Of a DNA stretch of 64,000 nucleotides, positions 1 through 14,768 are shown piece after piece. The first letter of the stretch is position 1, and each line of letters opens with the position of its first letter. Source of the DNA: the human T2T-CHM13v2.0 reference genome, Homo sapiens; assembly GCF_009914755.1 (NCBI RefSeq), contig NC_060929.1; one strand, 5' to 3'. The position numbers and the translations under genes were made by a program. The notes beneath the pieces were generated by a model. That model was not told the DNA's origin, made no database searches, and saw only the letters and a list, made by a program, of their open reading frames with translations.

Positions 1-221
1 TGTATTACCTTGTGACAAATCTTCTGTTGTATTTTGAATTGTTTTTTAAATAGTTATTTGTGATTTACACTGTCTTAGGTTTATTTTTTTTCTCTGAACA
101 GATTTATTAAACTGTCAAGGTCAAGAATTTAAAACAATGTATTCCCTGTTTTTAATACAGCCCTTTGATTAATTGAGTTTTTTGGACCAGAAAGCCTCGG
201 AGTTTTGTCTGGGTTTGCCCC

Positions 222-330
222 ACCTGTGTGATCACTAGCAAGCCAGTCAACATCCACGGGCCCTGGTGATCTCATCTGTAAAGGAAGTGGTTGGACTAGA
301 TGATTTCTAAGATCCTCCAGCTTTATAATT
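222..330 (+). mobile_element. MIR-family SINE fragment
   Basis: MIR core-like 'ctcatctgtaaa...ggttggactagatgatttctaagatcc'. Confidence 0.5.
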
Positions 331-2374
331 TGGATAATAGGATTTAATTTGGCAAATCTTCCAAAAGGATGTTGTCTAAGTTGGAGAAACCTGACCTAAT
401 TTTGACCACAGATGTTGTGGATTTGGAAAAACCTTTTTTAGAAAACTCCTCAAAGACAAAAGTATACTCACTGGCACTAAAGGTGTGGTGTCCTTACTAT
501 CTTTCCTAGCATAGATCTCCCTTACAGTGTGTCCAGGTGCACTGTGGAATGCCACACCCACAGCATACCTGAAGCAAGGGGCTGGTTACACATTAGAATC
601 GTGAAACTGTTAGCAACGGAATTATTCATAAAAAGAACCTCAGCTGAGAGCTGAGTTCAATAATTTTTAGCCCAATTAGCCAGCAATTGGCCTTCTCACT
701 TTCCTTGATTGCATTATTTTAAAAATCTTTGTTTGATTTTTCAAAACTGTGTGTCCAAGCTGTGGTGTTTAAAGAACTAGATGTACAAAAAATACAAATC
801 AAAATGTCACATCCTGTAAACATACCATAAGCTGATTATGTTAAATGTTTTCTTTATTCAAGCACGTAGATTTAGGGCTTAGCAGTGGTAATAAACATTC
901 GTCTGAAGAATAGATTTTGATCAAGGAAGTCTCCCATTTGTTCCGTGTATGATCTTTATTCTGTTGGTTTTCCCAGGGTGAAAGTCACACAAAAGAAACA
1001 AACTACAGCTCTTGGAATGTAATTCCAGTGCCCCCCTTACACCCCCCCAAAACAAACCAGAAAACAAACAAACACACACAAAAAAACCCAACACTAAAAC
1101 TGGCCTAACAATGCAAACTACCATGTAATAAGATCCTACCACACCTAGACAGCCACCCATATCCAATCTGTATCCTGGAAAGACTTATGACTAAGCAAAG
1201 AGAGGAGAGACCATGAAAAGAGTCAGTCATGGATTTTTAATTTGTAAGCACAGACTAATCCAGGGAAGACTTACAGCAAATTTTATTCTGATGCCTTTTA
1301 TTCTTTTTTATCATGCAATCTGTGTCTGTCAGCAACAGCCTTTGATTGCTTCTTTAGCCATCTGAAATGCTAGGAGGATCCTTGTTTAACCAGTTTTTAA
1401 TAACTGCATCTCTATGCCACCCTCACCATCATTTCATTTGCTTTCAGAACCAGAGTTTTTTACTCACTAGATAATATATTTAAAGATCTATAATAATATG
1501 ATTAAAGTCGGGGGGAGGACAGTAATTATAAAGGAAATGAAAACTCAAGAATCTTATATTTATTTCTGTTCCAGGCAAGTATCAGTTCTGCACAGCAGTC
1601 TCCTTTCCCTTGGGGATATTGTATGATAACATTGGTGAGAACATATTTGACACTTTATTTGTAAAAGGTGCTTTATGTTTGTCATCTAGAAAATGCTAAT
1701 GTGCAGTAGGCATTGGCATCAGATGTGGATGCTGTGGCTAAACACAAGGGGAGATTTCCCATGAAAAATTGATAAATGTGTATTTCATGAAAATGATTGC
1801 CAGCACTATCTTAAGTGGGTAATGCTGCCCTTGGTAAGAAGAATATAGAATAAATACCAGTTTTTATTTCTTTTATGCCACAGTTTGTATGTTAAAAGTT
1901 AGGTTAATTACCCTGATTATATGATTAATGCTGAAATTGACTTAGCAACACTAGTGATATTGCATTTTGTGACCCTCTTTTGTTCAAGCCAGCTATTTTG
2001 CTTGCCAGGTGTGCTCAAACTGGAAAAAGGCAGAAGTCTAGGAGCCCCCTGGAATTTGATGTAGATTTTCCTTTAGGCTTAAAAAGAAAAATTTTAAGTC
2101 ATAAAATTCCACTGTGGGAAGTATACTGTCCTTTTTAAAATGCTAATGAAATGCTCACAGCATGTTCAGGACTAAGCAGAGATGATACAGATATGGTCAA
2201 GGCATTTGCATCCTTAACTCTTTACAGCCTGAGTATTTGGGAGGCTGTGAGTCAACACCCTCTCCTGGACACCCTCCCTCCTCATGCTGGGATGGTGCCA
2301 GAGTGGGCAGGACTAGCCTTACCTGTGGGGACAGTAGGTGACTCTCCTTAAAATGCTATTTTCTCCGTATTAAC

Positions 2375-2740
2375 TTGTCTATATTGGAATTTTTAACTTA
2401 TAAAAGTGACTTTTTATAGGTCAAACAACGCAAAGTTGTATAAAGCAAAATGATGAAAAGATGTACAAAGAAAAAGCTAGTAACTTCCCTTCACCCCATC
2501 TTGAGGAAAGCAGTGTCCTCTTCTGCTATTTGTTCAGCCCTTCCCCATACTCATACAAACATATACAGGCAGATTAAGTTTATATAATGCAGATTTTTGT
2601 TTTTTACTTTATGGAAATAGGATAAAATACACATTACTGTATAAACTTAATTTTTTTTAGACTCAGCATAACCTTTCTTTAGTCCAGTAGATATACTTCA
2701 CTATTTTTGTGTATTACCATTTAGTCCACTATTTTATGTT
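2375..2740 (-). mobile_element. Old L1ME-like 3' UTR fragment, apparently continuing at ~6385-6590 after the L1MB insertion
   Basis: Diverged L1M 3'-end-like sequence on both sides of the L1MB; boundaries approximate. Confidence 0.4.
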
Positions 2741-2855
2741 TTATTTTTATTTTTTGCTTTTTGAATGGAGAAGCTGTTTGTTTGTTTTAAAAATAACAGC
2801 TTTATCTAGCTGTAATTCACATACCATACAATTCACCCTTTTAAAATGTAAATGG

Positions 2856-3183
<328 letters not shown>

Positions 3184-5384
3184 TCACCACTATATAATTT
3201 TGGAACATCTCACCGCCCAAAAATGAAACCCCCTCTCTGTTAGCAGTCACTCTCCATTCCCCTCTCTTCAGCCCCTGGTAGCCACCAGATTACCTTCTGT
3301 TTGCATGGATTTGCATGTCCTGAACATTTAACATAACCAGACTCATACAACATGTAGCCTTATGTCTGACTTCATTCACTTAGCATAATGATTTCAAGGT
3401 TCATCCATGTTGTAGCAAGTATCAGTACTTTATTCCTTGTTATGGCTGAATAATATTCCATTGTATGAATATACAACATTTTGTCTATTCATTCATCTAC
3501 CGATATACTTTTAGGTTGTTTTCACTTTTTGGCTATTATGAATACTGCTGCTGTAAACATTATGTTCAAGTTTTGAGTACACATATGTTTTCAAGTCTTC
3601 TGGGCATTTACCTAGGAGTGGAATTGCTGTACCATATGGTAACCCTATATTTAACATTTTTAGGAACTGCCAAACTGTTTCCCTAAGTAGTTACAACATT
3701 TTACAATCCTAATAGCAGTGTGTGAAGGTTCTAATTTCTCCATATCTTCATTAACACTTATTTTCTGTCTTTCTTATAATATTCACCCTACTGGGTGTGA
3801 AGTGGTGTCTATCTCACTGTGGGTTAGATTGGTATTTCCCCCAATGATTAATGATGAGCATTTTGTATGTGCTTATTGGTCATTTGTATATTTTCTTTGG
3901 AGAACTGCCTGTTAATTACAATAATTTGCCCATCTTTTACTTGGGTTGTCTATTTATTATTGAATTGTAAGAGCCCTTTATATATTCTGGGTATAAGTCC
4001 CTTTGCAGATCTATGATTTGCAAATATTGTTTACCTTTCTATATGTTGTTTTTTCACTTTATTGATGGTGTCCTTTGAAGCTCAAAATTTTTTAAATTTG
4101 TGAAGACCAATTTATTTTTTCTTCTATCTCTTGTGCTGTCTGTTGATGTCATACCTAAGAAACCACTGCCTAAACTAAGGTCATGAAGATTTCCTCCTTT
4201 GTTTTCATCTAAAGAGTTTTATAGTTTTAGCTCTTATAATTAGGCCAGTTTTCTATTTTGAGTTAAATTTTGTACATAAAGTGTGGTAGGTGGTCCAACT
4301 TCATTCTTTTACATGTGCATATTGTTGAGTTGTAAAAGTTCTTTATATATTGTTCCAGAACCGTTTGTTGAAAATATTATTCTTTCTTTATTAAATGATC
4401 TTGGCACCTCTGTTGAAAACTAACCAACCATAAAAAAATGATTTATAGCTGAATCCTCAATTCTATTCTGTTGATCTATAGTCTGCTCTTATGCCAGTAC
4501 CACACTGTTTTGCTTACTGTAACGTTATAGTAAATTTTAAAAGCAGGAGGTATGAGTCCTACTTTGTTCTTTTTCAAGATTGTTTTGGCTGTTCTTGCAT
4601 TTCCATATGAATTTAGGATCACCTTGCCAATTTCTACAAGAAGACAGCTGAAGTTTTGATAGGGATTGTATTGAATCTGTAGATCAACTTGTGGAGTGTT
4701 GCTATCCTAATAATATTAAGTTTTCTGATCTATGAACATAGGATATCTTTTCACTTATTTATGTCTTTAATTTCTTTCAACAATGCATTGTAGTGTTTGA
4801 AGTGCAAATCTTGCTCTTCTTTTGTGAAACTTATTCCTAGGTATTTTATTCTTTTGGATGTTATTGTAAATAGAATTGTTTTCTTAATTTTATTTTTCAA
4901 TTGTTCATTGCTAGCAGATAGAAATACGATTGATTTTTGTGTATTGATATTATATCCTGCAATCTACTAAACTTATGTATTAGTTCCAATGCTTCTCTTG
5001 TGGATGCCTTTGGATTTTCTGTATACAAGATCATCTTATCTGTAAACAGAGAACTTACACTTCTTCTTTTCCAATATAGATGCTTTTTGGTTTCTTTTTC
5101 TGCCTAATTGTTCTGGCTAGAACCTCTAGTACAATGTTGGATAGAAGTGGTAGGAGCCAACATCCATGTCTTGTTCCTGCTGTTGGGAGTAAAGCATTCA
5201 GTCTTGTATCATAAATTATGATATTAGCTATAGGTTTTTCCTAGGTGCCATTTATCATTTTGAGAAAGTCTCATTTCATTACCTTGTTGAATATTTTTTG
5301 TCATGAAAGATGTAGAATTTTTATAGAATGCTTTTCCTACATTTATTGCGATGATCATGTGATTTTTCTACTTCATTCTACTAG

Positions 5385-5705
<321 letters not shown>

Positions 5706-6729
5706 TGATTTTAATGTTACATCATCTTTCTATTCTTGGGATAGTTTATCATGGTGTATAACCCTTTTTAATATATTGCTCTGATTTGGTTTGTTAATAT
5801 TTGTTGATGATTTTTGTGTCTATATTGATAAGCGATATTGGTTTATAGTTTTCATGTCTTATGACATTTGGTCTGGTTTTATAATTAGGATAATATTGGT
5901 CTCTTGTAATGAGTTAAGAAATGTTTATTTTTCTTCTATTTTTCAGAAGAGTTTGCAAGTTTCAGTTTTAATTTCAATGTTTAGTAGAATTCAGCGGTGA
6001 ATTCTACTGGGCTTTTCTTTGAGGGTAGCTTTTAAATTACTAATTCAACATCTTTCCTTTTTATAGGTTTATTCAGATTTTCTGCTTCTTGAGCCAGTTT
6101 TGTTAGTTTCTGTTTTTCTAGGAATTTGTCCATTTAATCTAGGATATCTCATTTGTTGGCATTCAGTTGTACATTGTCTTCTCTTATAATCCTTTTTATT
6201 TCTAGAGGATCAGTAGTGATGTTTCTGCTTTCATTCCTGATTTTAATAATTTGCATGTTCTTTCTTTTTTTCTGTCAGTCCAGCTAAAGTTTTCCTGTCA
6301 GTCTAGCTAAAATTTCATTGACCTTTTAAAAGAACCAACTTTTGATTTTGTCGATCTTCTCTATTCTTTTTCTATTCCATAATTACTATTTAGCTATTGA
6401 CAGACATTCAGGCTGTTTCCAATTTCTTGGTATTGCAGTTAGTACCATAATAAATATCTTTGTTTGTATATTCTTATGTTCTGATACTTAAAATTCTTCA
6501 GTGCAGATTTATGAAGTGGGATTTTTCTATATTTTTAATTTTAATAGATATAGCTAGATTACTTTCTGAATAATGCCACTGGAAATGTAAAAGGATATTG
6601 TTTTTAACAGTAGATTTCTATTGCCCAGCCACTGGGCCTGAAATCCAATCAGGTATCAAGACTTAGGACATCCTTAGTACCAAATTTGGGGTCACAGTAT
6701 TCATGGCCATTACTGGGATTGTTCCTTAC

Positions 6730-7075
6730 CTACAATGCAATCTTGTGTAAGTTACTTAATTTTCCTAGTCCCCGTTTTCTCTGGCAGAATGGTGTCTGCC
6801 TACCCCATAAAACTGTTGCGAGGATCAGATGTAACATGAACAACATGGTCACTATGTAGAGTCACTGCCAACTCTGTGGGTTTGAATTCCAGCTCTGCTG
6901 CTTATAAGGTATTTAACAATGGGCACATTACTTAGTATCTCTGTTTCTTCATCTGTAAAATGGGCATAATGACATTATATTAACTCATAGGATTGTTGTA
7001 AGAATTAGATGAATTGGTACATGAAAAAAAAACACTGAGACTAGTGCCTGACTTCAATAGTAAGCACTTAATTGT
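6730..7075 (+). mobile_element. Two adjacent MIR fragments
   Basis: 'gggtttgaattccagctctgc', 'catctgtaaaatggg', 'ggattgttgtaagaattagatga'. Confidence 0.7.
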
Positions 7076-7544
7076 CATTGGCTGAAAAATATTAATATGT
7101 ATTTTTCACTCTGTTCTCTACGCTCTCTCTCACATACATATGTTTTGGGGAGGAAAAAATATGCACACATACATACACATGTGTCTATTTATGTACATTT
7201 ATATACAAGGTATGTTGTACGTAAAGAAAGAATAGAAAGAATAAAAGCAAATATGTCAATCTCTGTTCACAGAAATGTATGAGAGATGAGACATATTCAC
7301 TTATAAATGTAACACAAAGTAGAAAGTGTCAACTGAAATCAAAGGGACAGAGCTAAAGTACTCTTTCCTTTGAGTTAAAGAGAAGCTATATTCTGGGTGC
7401 AGCCTCATTTTGGCTTCAGTTTGGATAATTAGTCTGTCTAGCCTGTCACTGGCAGAATCTGAAATAATGGAACCCATAAGGAGTAAGATTTGCTGGAGGA
7501 GGCACTGCAAAGTAAGATGAGGAAGACAGTTGACTGATGGTCAA

Positions 7545-7640
7545 CAATCAGTTCGCAAACATTTATTGAATACCCACTCTGTGCCAGGCAATAGGGATAT
7601 AGAAGAGAACAAGACAGATATAGTCTCTGCCCTATAATAG
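7545..7640 (-). mobile_element. L2 3'-end fragment
   Basis: 'aaacatttattgaatacccactctgtgccaggca...aacaagacaga'. Confidence 0.65.
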
Positions 7641-8469
7641 CCTGAAAGTTGTGTTAGTGAGGTTCATGAGCAACCAGAGTACAGAAGGGAAGCGTGCAGA
7701 GAGAAAAAGTGCAGAGAAAAAAAGTGTAACTTTGATGGGTTACAGTTATGCCCTGGGTTGGCCAAGAATGCAAATAAATGCCATAAGCCTAGATCTAATA
7801 TTTTCCTTTTCTTCTTTCACTTTTTAGACTGATTCAGTGGGTTAGGTGGAAGTACTGGGAATGGTACTGGCAATGATTCTGGAATCGTGCAGAGCCTGGC
7901 ATGGGAAAGGTGAGGGAAGGAGAAGGCAGCCTTGGTAGTGGGGTGGAACGTGAAGAATGGGAATTCTGGGAAGAGATGGTTATATACATTATTCTATACT
8001 GAAGAGCTGTCATTTGATGGTTATATTTGTAAATATTTTGATTTTGAGAAGATTAGAAGTGGCTGAGGAGGAAGTGAGGCCTCCGAGAGCGGTCAGATAA
8101 GTGGGGGACAGGAGGGGAGAATGCAGCAGTGGAATCTGACATGACACCTCGGCAGATTCCTTAGTCTTTTTTTTTCCCACTAGCTAAAATGACAGGTCTT
8201 TGGGGCCTTGAAAAGAGAAGACAAATGGAATAGAGAAGGGGGATAGAGCTGGAGCCTTAGCCACAGCTGAGCTGAGTGCCTTTTTTTATTAGGGAGGATA
8301 TATGTGTGCAGAGGGGTAGATAGACTAAGGATGGAGTTTAAACCAGAAAAGTCCATGTGGAAAAGTATTAAGAACTTTAAAGAGTTGCAAAACATAAGAA
8401 TCCACTGTATTTGTGCTTTTAGAAAGTACTGGGGTATAATTTCTTCTTTTTCCCTGCTGAATAACTACC

Positions 8470-9399
8470 CAATGGTATGTTGGTAAAGAAAAAAAATGCA
8501 TATATATACATACACACATAACTTTATTATAAACTTTTCTGATATAAAGAAGGTATATCATGCTATTTACAAGTAACAACATATATAATATTCTTTATTG
8601 GAAATTCCTTATAATCAATTGATTCTCACAGACTGCTTTTATTGATTTTTGCCAGGCTTCTATATTCATAGCCAAACTGTGGTTGCATTTGATGAAAGTG
8701 TTCTGACATGAACATCACCTGTATTTTCATTTATGTTAACAAATAAAATAAAAGTGAATCAATAAAGACATCTGTTAGAACTTCATTCATTTATCAGTGA
8801 TGTGAATGACTTCTTTGCCGAACTAGAAAATAATTTTTGAAAACTGGAGGAATATTTACTAAGGTTTCTTCTTAAAGTTATTCACAGTATAACAGCTACA
8901 AGTAGGACACACTTTCACATTTAATTTACATTAATATTTTCTCATTTTCATTATCCATTATTAACATTTCATCACTTTCTTAGTCTAGACAATGAACAAA
9001 ACAATAAATCAAGTCCTGCTTGGTAGCTTTTGCCAATATCTGTGAGATGAGTTCTTCCACATGGCGCTCCTGAGTCTTCAGCTGGGAAGTGGTGGCCAGC
9101 AGCATGCCAGTCCACAGTGTTTCCCCCCTGCAGATAAAACAGATGTGAATAAACTCAAGAGCACAGACCACAGTAAATGTAGTAAAATAATTAGGAAATG
9201 ATGTTTTAAGTAGGTAGTACCTTTATTTTAATTTTCTGATAATTTAATACCTTCATTTTAAATATAATTAATATAGTTGCAAGTTTATCTAACTTAATTT
9301 TTAATAACAGAAGTATTTAACAACAGGTTTGCAAAATTCCTGAAAATTTAACAGTCAGCCCTCATGGGCCAGAATGAGCCTACTTCAGCACACCAGTGC
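8470..9399 (-). mobile_element. MER63C/D-like hAT-Blackjack DNA transposon
   Basis: Imperfect TIRs caatggtatgttg / cagcacaccagtg; internal 'attgattctcacaga', 'tagtctagacaat', 'aaaattcctgaaaatttaaca' match the remembered MER63 consensus. Confidence 0.75.
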
Positions 9400-10559
9400 A
9401 TCTGCCCATCCCTGCAGCAGTGTGTGTGCCCTTCAGCTCACATCTCGGTTTCTGTGTCCCAGGATACAGAAACACCATCCAGGGACCATCACAGCAAATA
9501 ACTGATTTAAGTGCTCCAGGTAGCTTTTCTTATTAAATAAAGCTTCCCAGCTATAATCATATTTAATGATTGAATTTATAATTATTTTTATTTTGAAAAA
9601 ATTTGGAGAAAAATGTCTAATGAATATACAAATCTAGATAATCAATTGAAGCATAGCCTTGGCAATCATGAGGTTCATTTGAATAGCACACCCAAGAAGC
9701 TGGATCATACAGGACCCAAACTTCCTATCCTCACTCATGAATTCAGATTTCCAAGAAATTAATAGACATAATTTTGGGTGTTATATAGTAGTCCATGTCT
9801 TCTTATATTAATAAGAAAAATAAAACAAAATAGTGGTAAAGTGTTGGGGTGGTGAAAATGTTTGGAGAGATAAGGGGCGATGCTTCTCAGGGCTGCTTCC
9901 AGTGGGATTACGAGCGGCTTGGGAACCTAGAGTGGGAGAGATTAAGCTGAAGGAAGGTTTTGTGGTAAGGGGCGATATTGTGGGGTTGTTGGAAGAAACA
10001 TTTGTCATACAGAATTATTGGTGATGGCCTGGATACGGTTTTGTATGAATTGAAAACCTAAAAGGAATAAGAGAAGGAGAGAAACAGGTATTAAAGTACT
10101 AAGAATTGGGAGGACCCAGGACATCCAATTAGAGTGCCCAAGGAGCTTCAGCATAGCCCTGCCAGCAAAGATTATTTATTTACTTTAAGAGTTAAGAGTG
10201 CTGGTTTGGGGATAGCACTGGGAGATATCAGCTGTGATGGCTTGGAGAAACAGTGTAAACCGGCAGTGTAAACAAGAGCAGGGCATTTATGTGTAGTTGA
10301 GAATGGTGAATAGGTGTATGACTAGACAGAAGATAGTAGGGATGACAAGTTTTTTGGGGCGCAGTCCAAGTTGGTCTGGTGTCTGGGATGAGACTGGAGC
10401 CTAATAAAAAGGAGTGTCCATGCAGGAGCTCAAATGGGCTGTACCCTGTAGCATTCCAAGGACAGGCCCGAATTCTGAGAAGGGCAAGTGGTAAAAGTAT
10501 TGTCCAGTCCTCTTTAAGTTGGTGGCTGAGCTTGGTGAGGTGTGTTTTTAAAAGACCAT

Positions 10560-12700
10560 TAGTTCACTGAATACCAAGAGCCTGAAAAACTGCTTGGGTG
10601 ATTTGACTAATAAAGGTTGGTCCATTATCAGACTGTATAGAGGTGGGAAGGCCAAACCGAGGAATTCTGTCTGACAGAAGGGAAGAAATGACGGCGGTGG
10701 CCTTCTCAGACCCTGTGGGAAAGGCCTCTACCCATCCAGTGAAAGTGTCTACCCAGACCAAGAGGTATTTTAGTTTCCTAACTCGAGGCATGTGAGTAAA
10801 GTCAATTTGCCGGTCCTGGGCGGGGCCAAATGCCCGAGCTTCATGTGTAGGGAAGTGGGTGGGGGGGCCTGAACAATCCCTGAGGAGTAGTAGAATAGCA
10901 GATGGAACACTGAGAAGTGATTTCCTTAAGGATAGATTTCCACGATGGGAAGGAAATGAGAGGTTCTAAGAGGTGGGCTAGTGGCTTGTAACTTACATAG
11001 AAGAAGTTATGAAATGATGACAGAATAGAATGGGCCTGTGAGGCTGGAAGGAGATATTTTCCTTGGTCCAAGAACCATTTGCCTTGTGTGAGAAGAGATT
11101 GATAGGTGGAAGTTTCAGTGGGGGAGTAGGTGGGAGTGGCCAGATGAGAAGGAGAAAAACTGCCATGAGGGATAGAAGTTGGAACGCTAGCTGCTTTTAG
11201 CTACCTTATCAGCATAAGCATTGTCCTGAGCAATGGGATCTGATGCCTTTTGATGGCCCTTGCAGTGAATGACTCCAGCTTCCTTTGGAAGTAAATTGGC
11301 CTTGAGAAGTGTTTTTATTAAAGAGGCATTAATGATGGAGGACCCTTGTGTAGTGAGGAAACCTCTTTCTGCCTATACAACAGCATGGTGGTGCAGGATA
11401 TAGAAGGCATATTTAGAGTCAGTATAAATATTGACGCGTAATTCCTTTGCAAGAGTGAGGGCTTGAGTTGAGGCAATGAGTTCGGCTTGCTAAGAGGTAG
11501 TGGAGCGGGGCAGAGCGGTAGCCTCAATGATAGATGTGGAAGATACTATAGCATAGCCTGCCTTTGCTGGTGAGTGGCGATTAGGCCTGGTGGAACTGCC
11601 ATCAATAATCCAAATGTGATCAGGGTGAGAAACAGGAAAGAAGGAAATATGGGGAAATGGGGTGAATGTCAGGTGGATTAGAGAGATACAGTCATGGGGG
11701 TCAGGTGTGGTATCCGGAATAATGTGTGAGGCTCGATTAAAGTCCGGGCCAGGAACAATGGTAATTGTGGGAGACTCAACAAAGAGTGAGTATAGCTGAA
11801 GGAGCTGGGAAGCAAAAAGTATATGTGTCAGGTGGGAGGAAGAAAATAGATTTTGAAAGTTATGAGAATTGTAGAGAGTTAATTGAGCATAGTTTGTGAT
11901 TTTGAGGGCCTCTAAAAGTATTAAGGAGCAGCAGCCACCACACGCAGACATGAGGGCTAGGCTAAAACAGTAAGGTCAAGTTGTTTGCATAAAAAGGCTA
12001 CAGGGCGCGGTCCCGGCTCTTGTGTAAGAATTCTGACTGCACTAACCATACCTAGGAAGGAAAGGAGTTGTTGTTTTGTAGAAGGGATTGGGGTTTGGGA
12101 GATTAGCCGGACACGAGCAGCAGGGAGAGCACGTGTGTTTTTATGAGAATTATGCCGAGATAGGTAACAGATGAGGATGAAATTTGGGCTTGACTGAGAT
12201 AATGGGGGCTGTCTGTGAAGCCTTGCAGCAGTACAGCCCAGGTAATTTGCTGAGCCTGATGGGTGTCAGGGTCAGTCCAACTGAAAGCGAAGAGAGGCTG
12301 GGATGAAGGGTGCAAAGGAATAGTAAAGAAAGCATGTTTGGGATCCAGAACAGAATAATGGGTTGTGGAGGGAGGTATTGAGGATAGGAGAGTATATGGG
12401 TTTGGCACCATGGGGTGGGTAGGCAAAACAATTTGGTTGATAAGGTGCAGATCCTGAACTAACTTGTAAGACTTGTCCGGTTTTTGGACAGGTAAAATGG
12501 GGGAATTGTAAGGAGAGTTTATAGGTTTTAGAAGCCCATGCTGTAGCAGGCGAGTGATAACAGGCTTTAATCCTTTTAAAGCGTGCTGTGGGATGGGATA
12601 TTGGCGTTGAGTGGGGTAAGGGTGATTAGGTTTTAATGGGATGGTAAGGGGTGCATGATCGGTCACCAAGGAGGGAATAGAGGTGTGCTATATTTGTGGT
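10560..12700 (-). pseudogene. HERV-H pol remnant (RT, RNase H, integrase), frameshifted and deleted
   Basis: ORF-track fragments: RT 'QYPIPQHALKGLKPVI...SPYNSPILPVQKPDKSYKLVQDL', RNase H 'WIIDGSS...AGYAIVS', IN 'KYLLVWVDTFTGWVEAFP...SIQSDNGPTF'; RT catalytic YxDD region not seen. Confidence 0.92.
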
Positions 12701-12857
12701 TTAAGTTGGGGAGATACAAGGGGAGGATGTCAAGGAGGCTTTGAATTGGTGAAAAAGGAGACAATGAGGTGTGGCTGTAGCCCAGGAATAGTCAGGGAAG
12801 CAGATAATTTAGTTAAAATGTTTTGACCTAATAAGGGAGCTGGGCAGGTGGGGATAA

Positions 12858-13060
12858 TTAAAAGGAGTGCTTAAAAGAGTATTGTCTAAGTTGGCACCAG
12901 AGTTGGGGAGTTTTAAGAGGTTTAGAAGCCTGGCCGTCAATACCCACAACAGTTATGGAGGCAAAGGAACAAGGCCCTTGAAAAGAAGGTAATGTGGAGT
13001 GGGTAGCCTCTGTATTGATTAAGAAGGGTATGGACTTACCCTCCACTGTGAGAGTTACCC
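12858..13060 (-). pseudogene. HERV-H protease remnant
   Basis: 'FLINTEATHSTLPSF', a degenerate DTGA active site; ORF stops early. Confidence 0.85.
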
Positions 13061-13149
13061 AAAGCTTGGCGTCCGTGATGGTCTAGGGGGCTTCCGAGGC
13101 AATCGGGCAGCATCGGTCTTCAGCCGCTAAGCCGAGTAAATCTGGGAAG

Positions 13150-14357
13150 GAGTCAGTCAGAGAGCCTTGGGCCAGAGTTCCAGGGGCTCTGGGAGTGGCT
13201 GCCAGGTGAGTTGAACAGTGGGGTCCTGCACAGATGGGACACGACTTAGGAGGAATCCCGGGCTGCCGGCATTCCTTGGCCCAGTGGCCAGATTTCTGGC
13301 ACTTGTAGCAAGCTGCGGGAGGAGGTTCTGGAGGAACCCCTGGCAGCTGTGGTTCAGGCGTTTGGAGTTCTTGTGTGCTGGAGATGTGGCTGGGGTTTGT
13401 CTCACAGTGGAGGCAAGGAATTGCAACTCAGAAATACATTGCTACTTGGCTGCCTCAACTGTATTATTGTATACCTTGAAAGCGAGGTTAATTAAGTGCT
13501 ATTATGGGGTTTGAGGGCTGGAATTTAATTTTTGGAGCTTTATTTAATGTCGGGAGCGGATTGGGTAACAAAGTGCATATTGAGACTAAAACGGCCTTCT
13601 GACCTTTCAGGGTCTAGGGCTGTAAAGCGTCTCAGGGTTGCTGCCAAACGAACCATGAACTGGGCTGGGTTTTTCATATTTGATGAGAAAGAGCCTAAAC
13701 GCTAACTGATTTGGGAGAGGTTGGATAAAGGAAAAGGAGCATTAACCTTGACTATACCTTTAGCTCCAGCCACCTTTTTAAGAGGAAATTGCTGGGCAGG
13801 TGGGAGAGGGCTAGTTGCGGAACGAAACTGTAAGCCAGACTGGGTGTGAGGAGGAGAGGTGATAAAAGGATTATAGGGTGGAGGAGCAGAGGCTGAGGAA
13901 GAATTGGAACCTGGCTCGGCCTGGCGAGGAGCAGCCTGGGGAGGAGGGGAGAGGTCAGATGGGTCCGTAGAAAAGGAAGATTGGAGACTCCGCGACGCTT
14001 GGGGTTGGGACTGAGGGGACAGGTGGGAGGGAAAGAAGCAAGATTTGGGATGAGCTGCATTGGGAACAGAGACTAGGGAGGGACCAATGTGTAAAACAAT
14101 GCCTGGACGTCAGGCACCTTAGCCCGTTTGCCTATTTTACGACAAGAATTATTTAGGTCTTGTAGGATGGAGAAATCGAAAGTGCCATTTTCTGGCCATT
14201 TAGGGCCATTGTCAAGTTTGTATTGGGGCCAAGCGGTGTTGCAGAAGAAAATAAGGCATTTAGGTTTTAGGTCAGGTGTGAGTTGAAGAGGTTTTAAGTT
14301 TTTGAGAACACAGGCTAAGGGAGAAGAAGGAGGAATGGAGGGTGGAAGGTTGCCCAT
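13150..14357 (-). pseudogene. HERV-H gag remnant
   Basis: MA-like 'MGNLPPSIPPSSPLACVLKNL...FFCNTAWPQYKLDNGPKWPENGTFD' and NC zinc knuckle (CYKCQKSGHWAKEC) near 13250-13315; broken by stops and frameshifts. Confidence 0.88.
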
Positions 14358-14419
14358 AGTGAAGGAGGCAAGCCCAGAGAAAAGAGAGGGTAGAGACATG
14401 GAGAGAAGGGGTGGGGAGC

Positions 14420-14585
14420 AGCCAAAGCAGGCGTCCCTGCAATTGACTTGCCACCAAGGGAATGTGGGTGAATGACCAAGGCAGGCGTCCCGGCGGTGAT
14501 CAGACACCAATGAAACGTGGGTGAATAATCAGGCAGGTGTCCCTGCATAATTAAACACCAAGGGAAGACTGTCTTCCCAAGTCCG
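14420..14585 (-). repeat. Tandem imperfect repeats in the HERV-H pre-gag leader
   Basis: About three copies of 'gcagg(c/t)gtccc...acc(a)a...gtgggtgaat'. Confidence 0.6.
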
Positions 14586-14759
14586 TGACCAGCGCCAGAG
14601 TTTTGGGTCCATGGATAAAATGTGTCTCCTTTGTCTTTACCAGAAAATGAAGGAACTGAAATTAAGAGAAGGGAGAGATTGAAGTGTGGCGCCAAGATTG
14701 AAAGGAGAAAGAGGTTGAGGGATAGAAAGAGAGGTTGGAGAAGAGAATAAAAAGAGGGT

Positions 14760-14768
14760 GCTTACCCG
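14760..14768 (-). promoter_or_regulatory. HERV-H major splice donor (CGG|GTAAGC)
   Basis: Minus strand 'ccaattttaaatcgg|gtaagc', ~175 nt downstream of the 5' LTR, where the HERV-H donor is expected. Confidence 0.75.
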
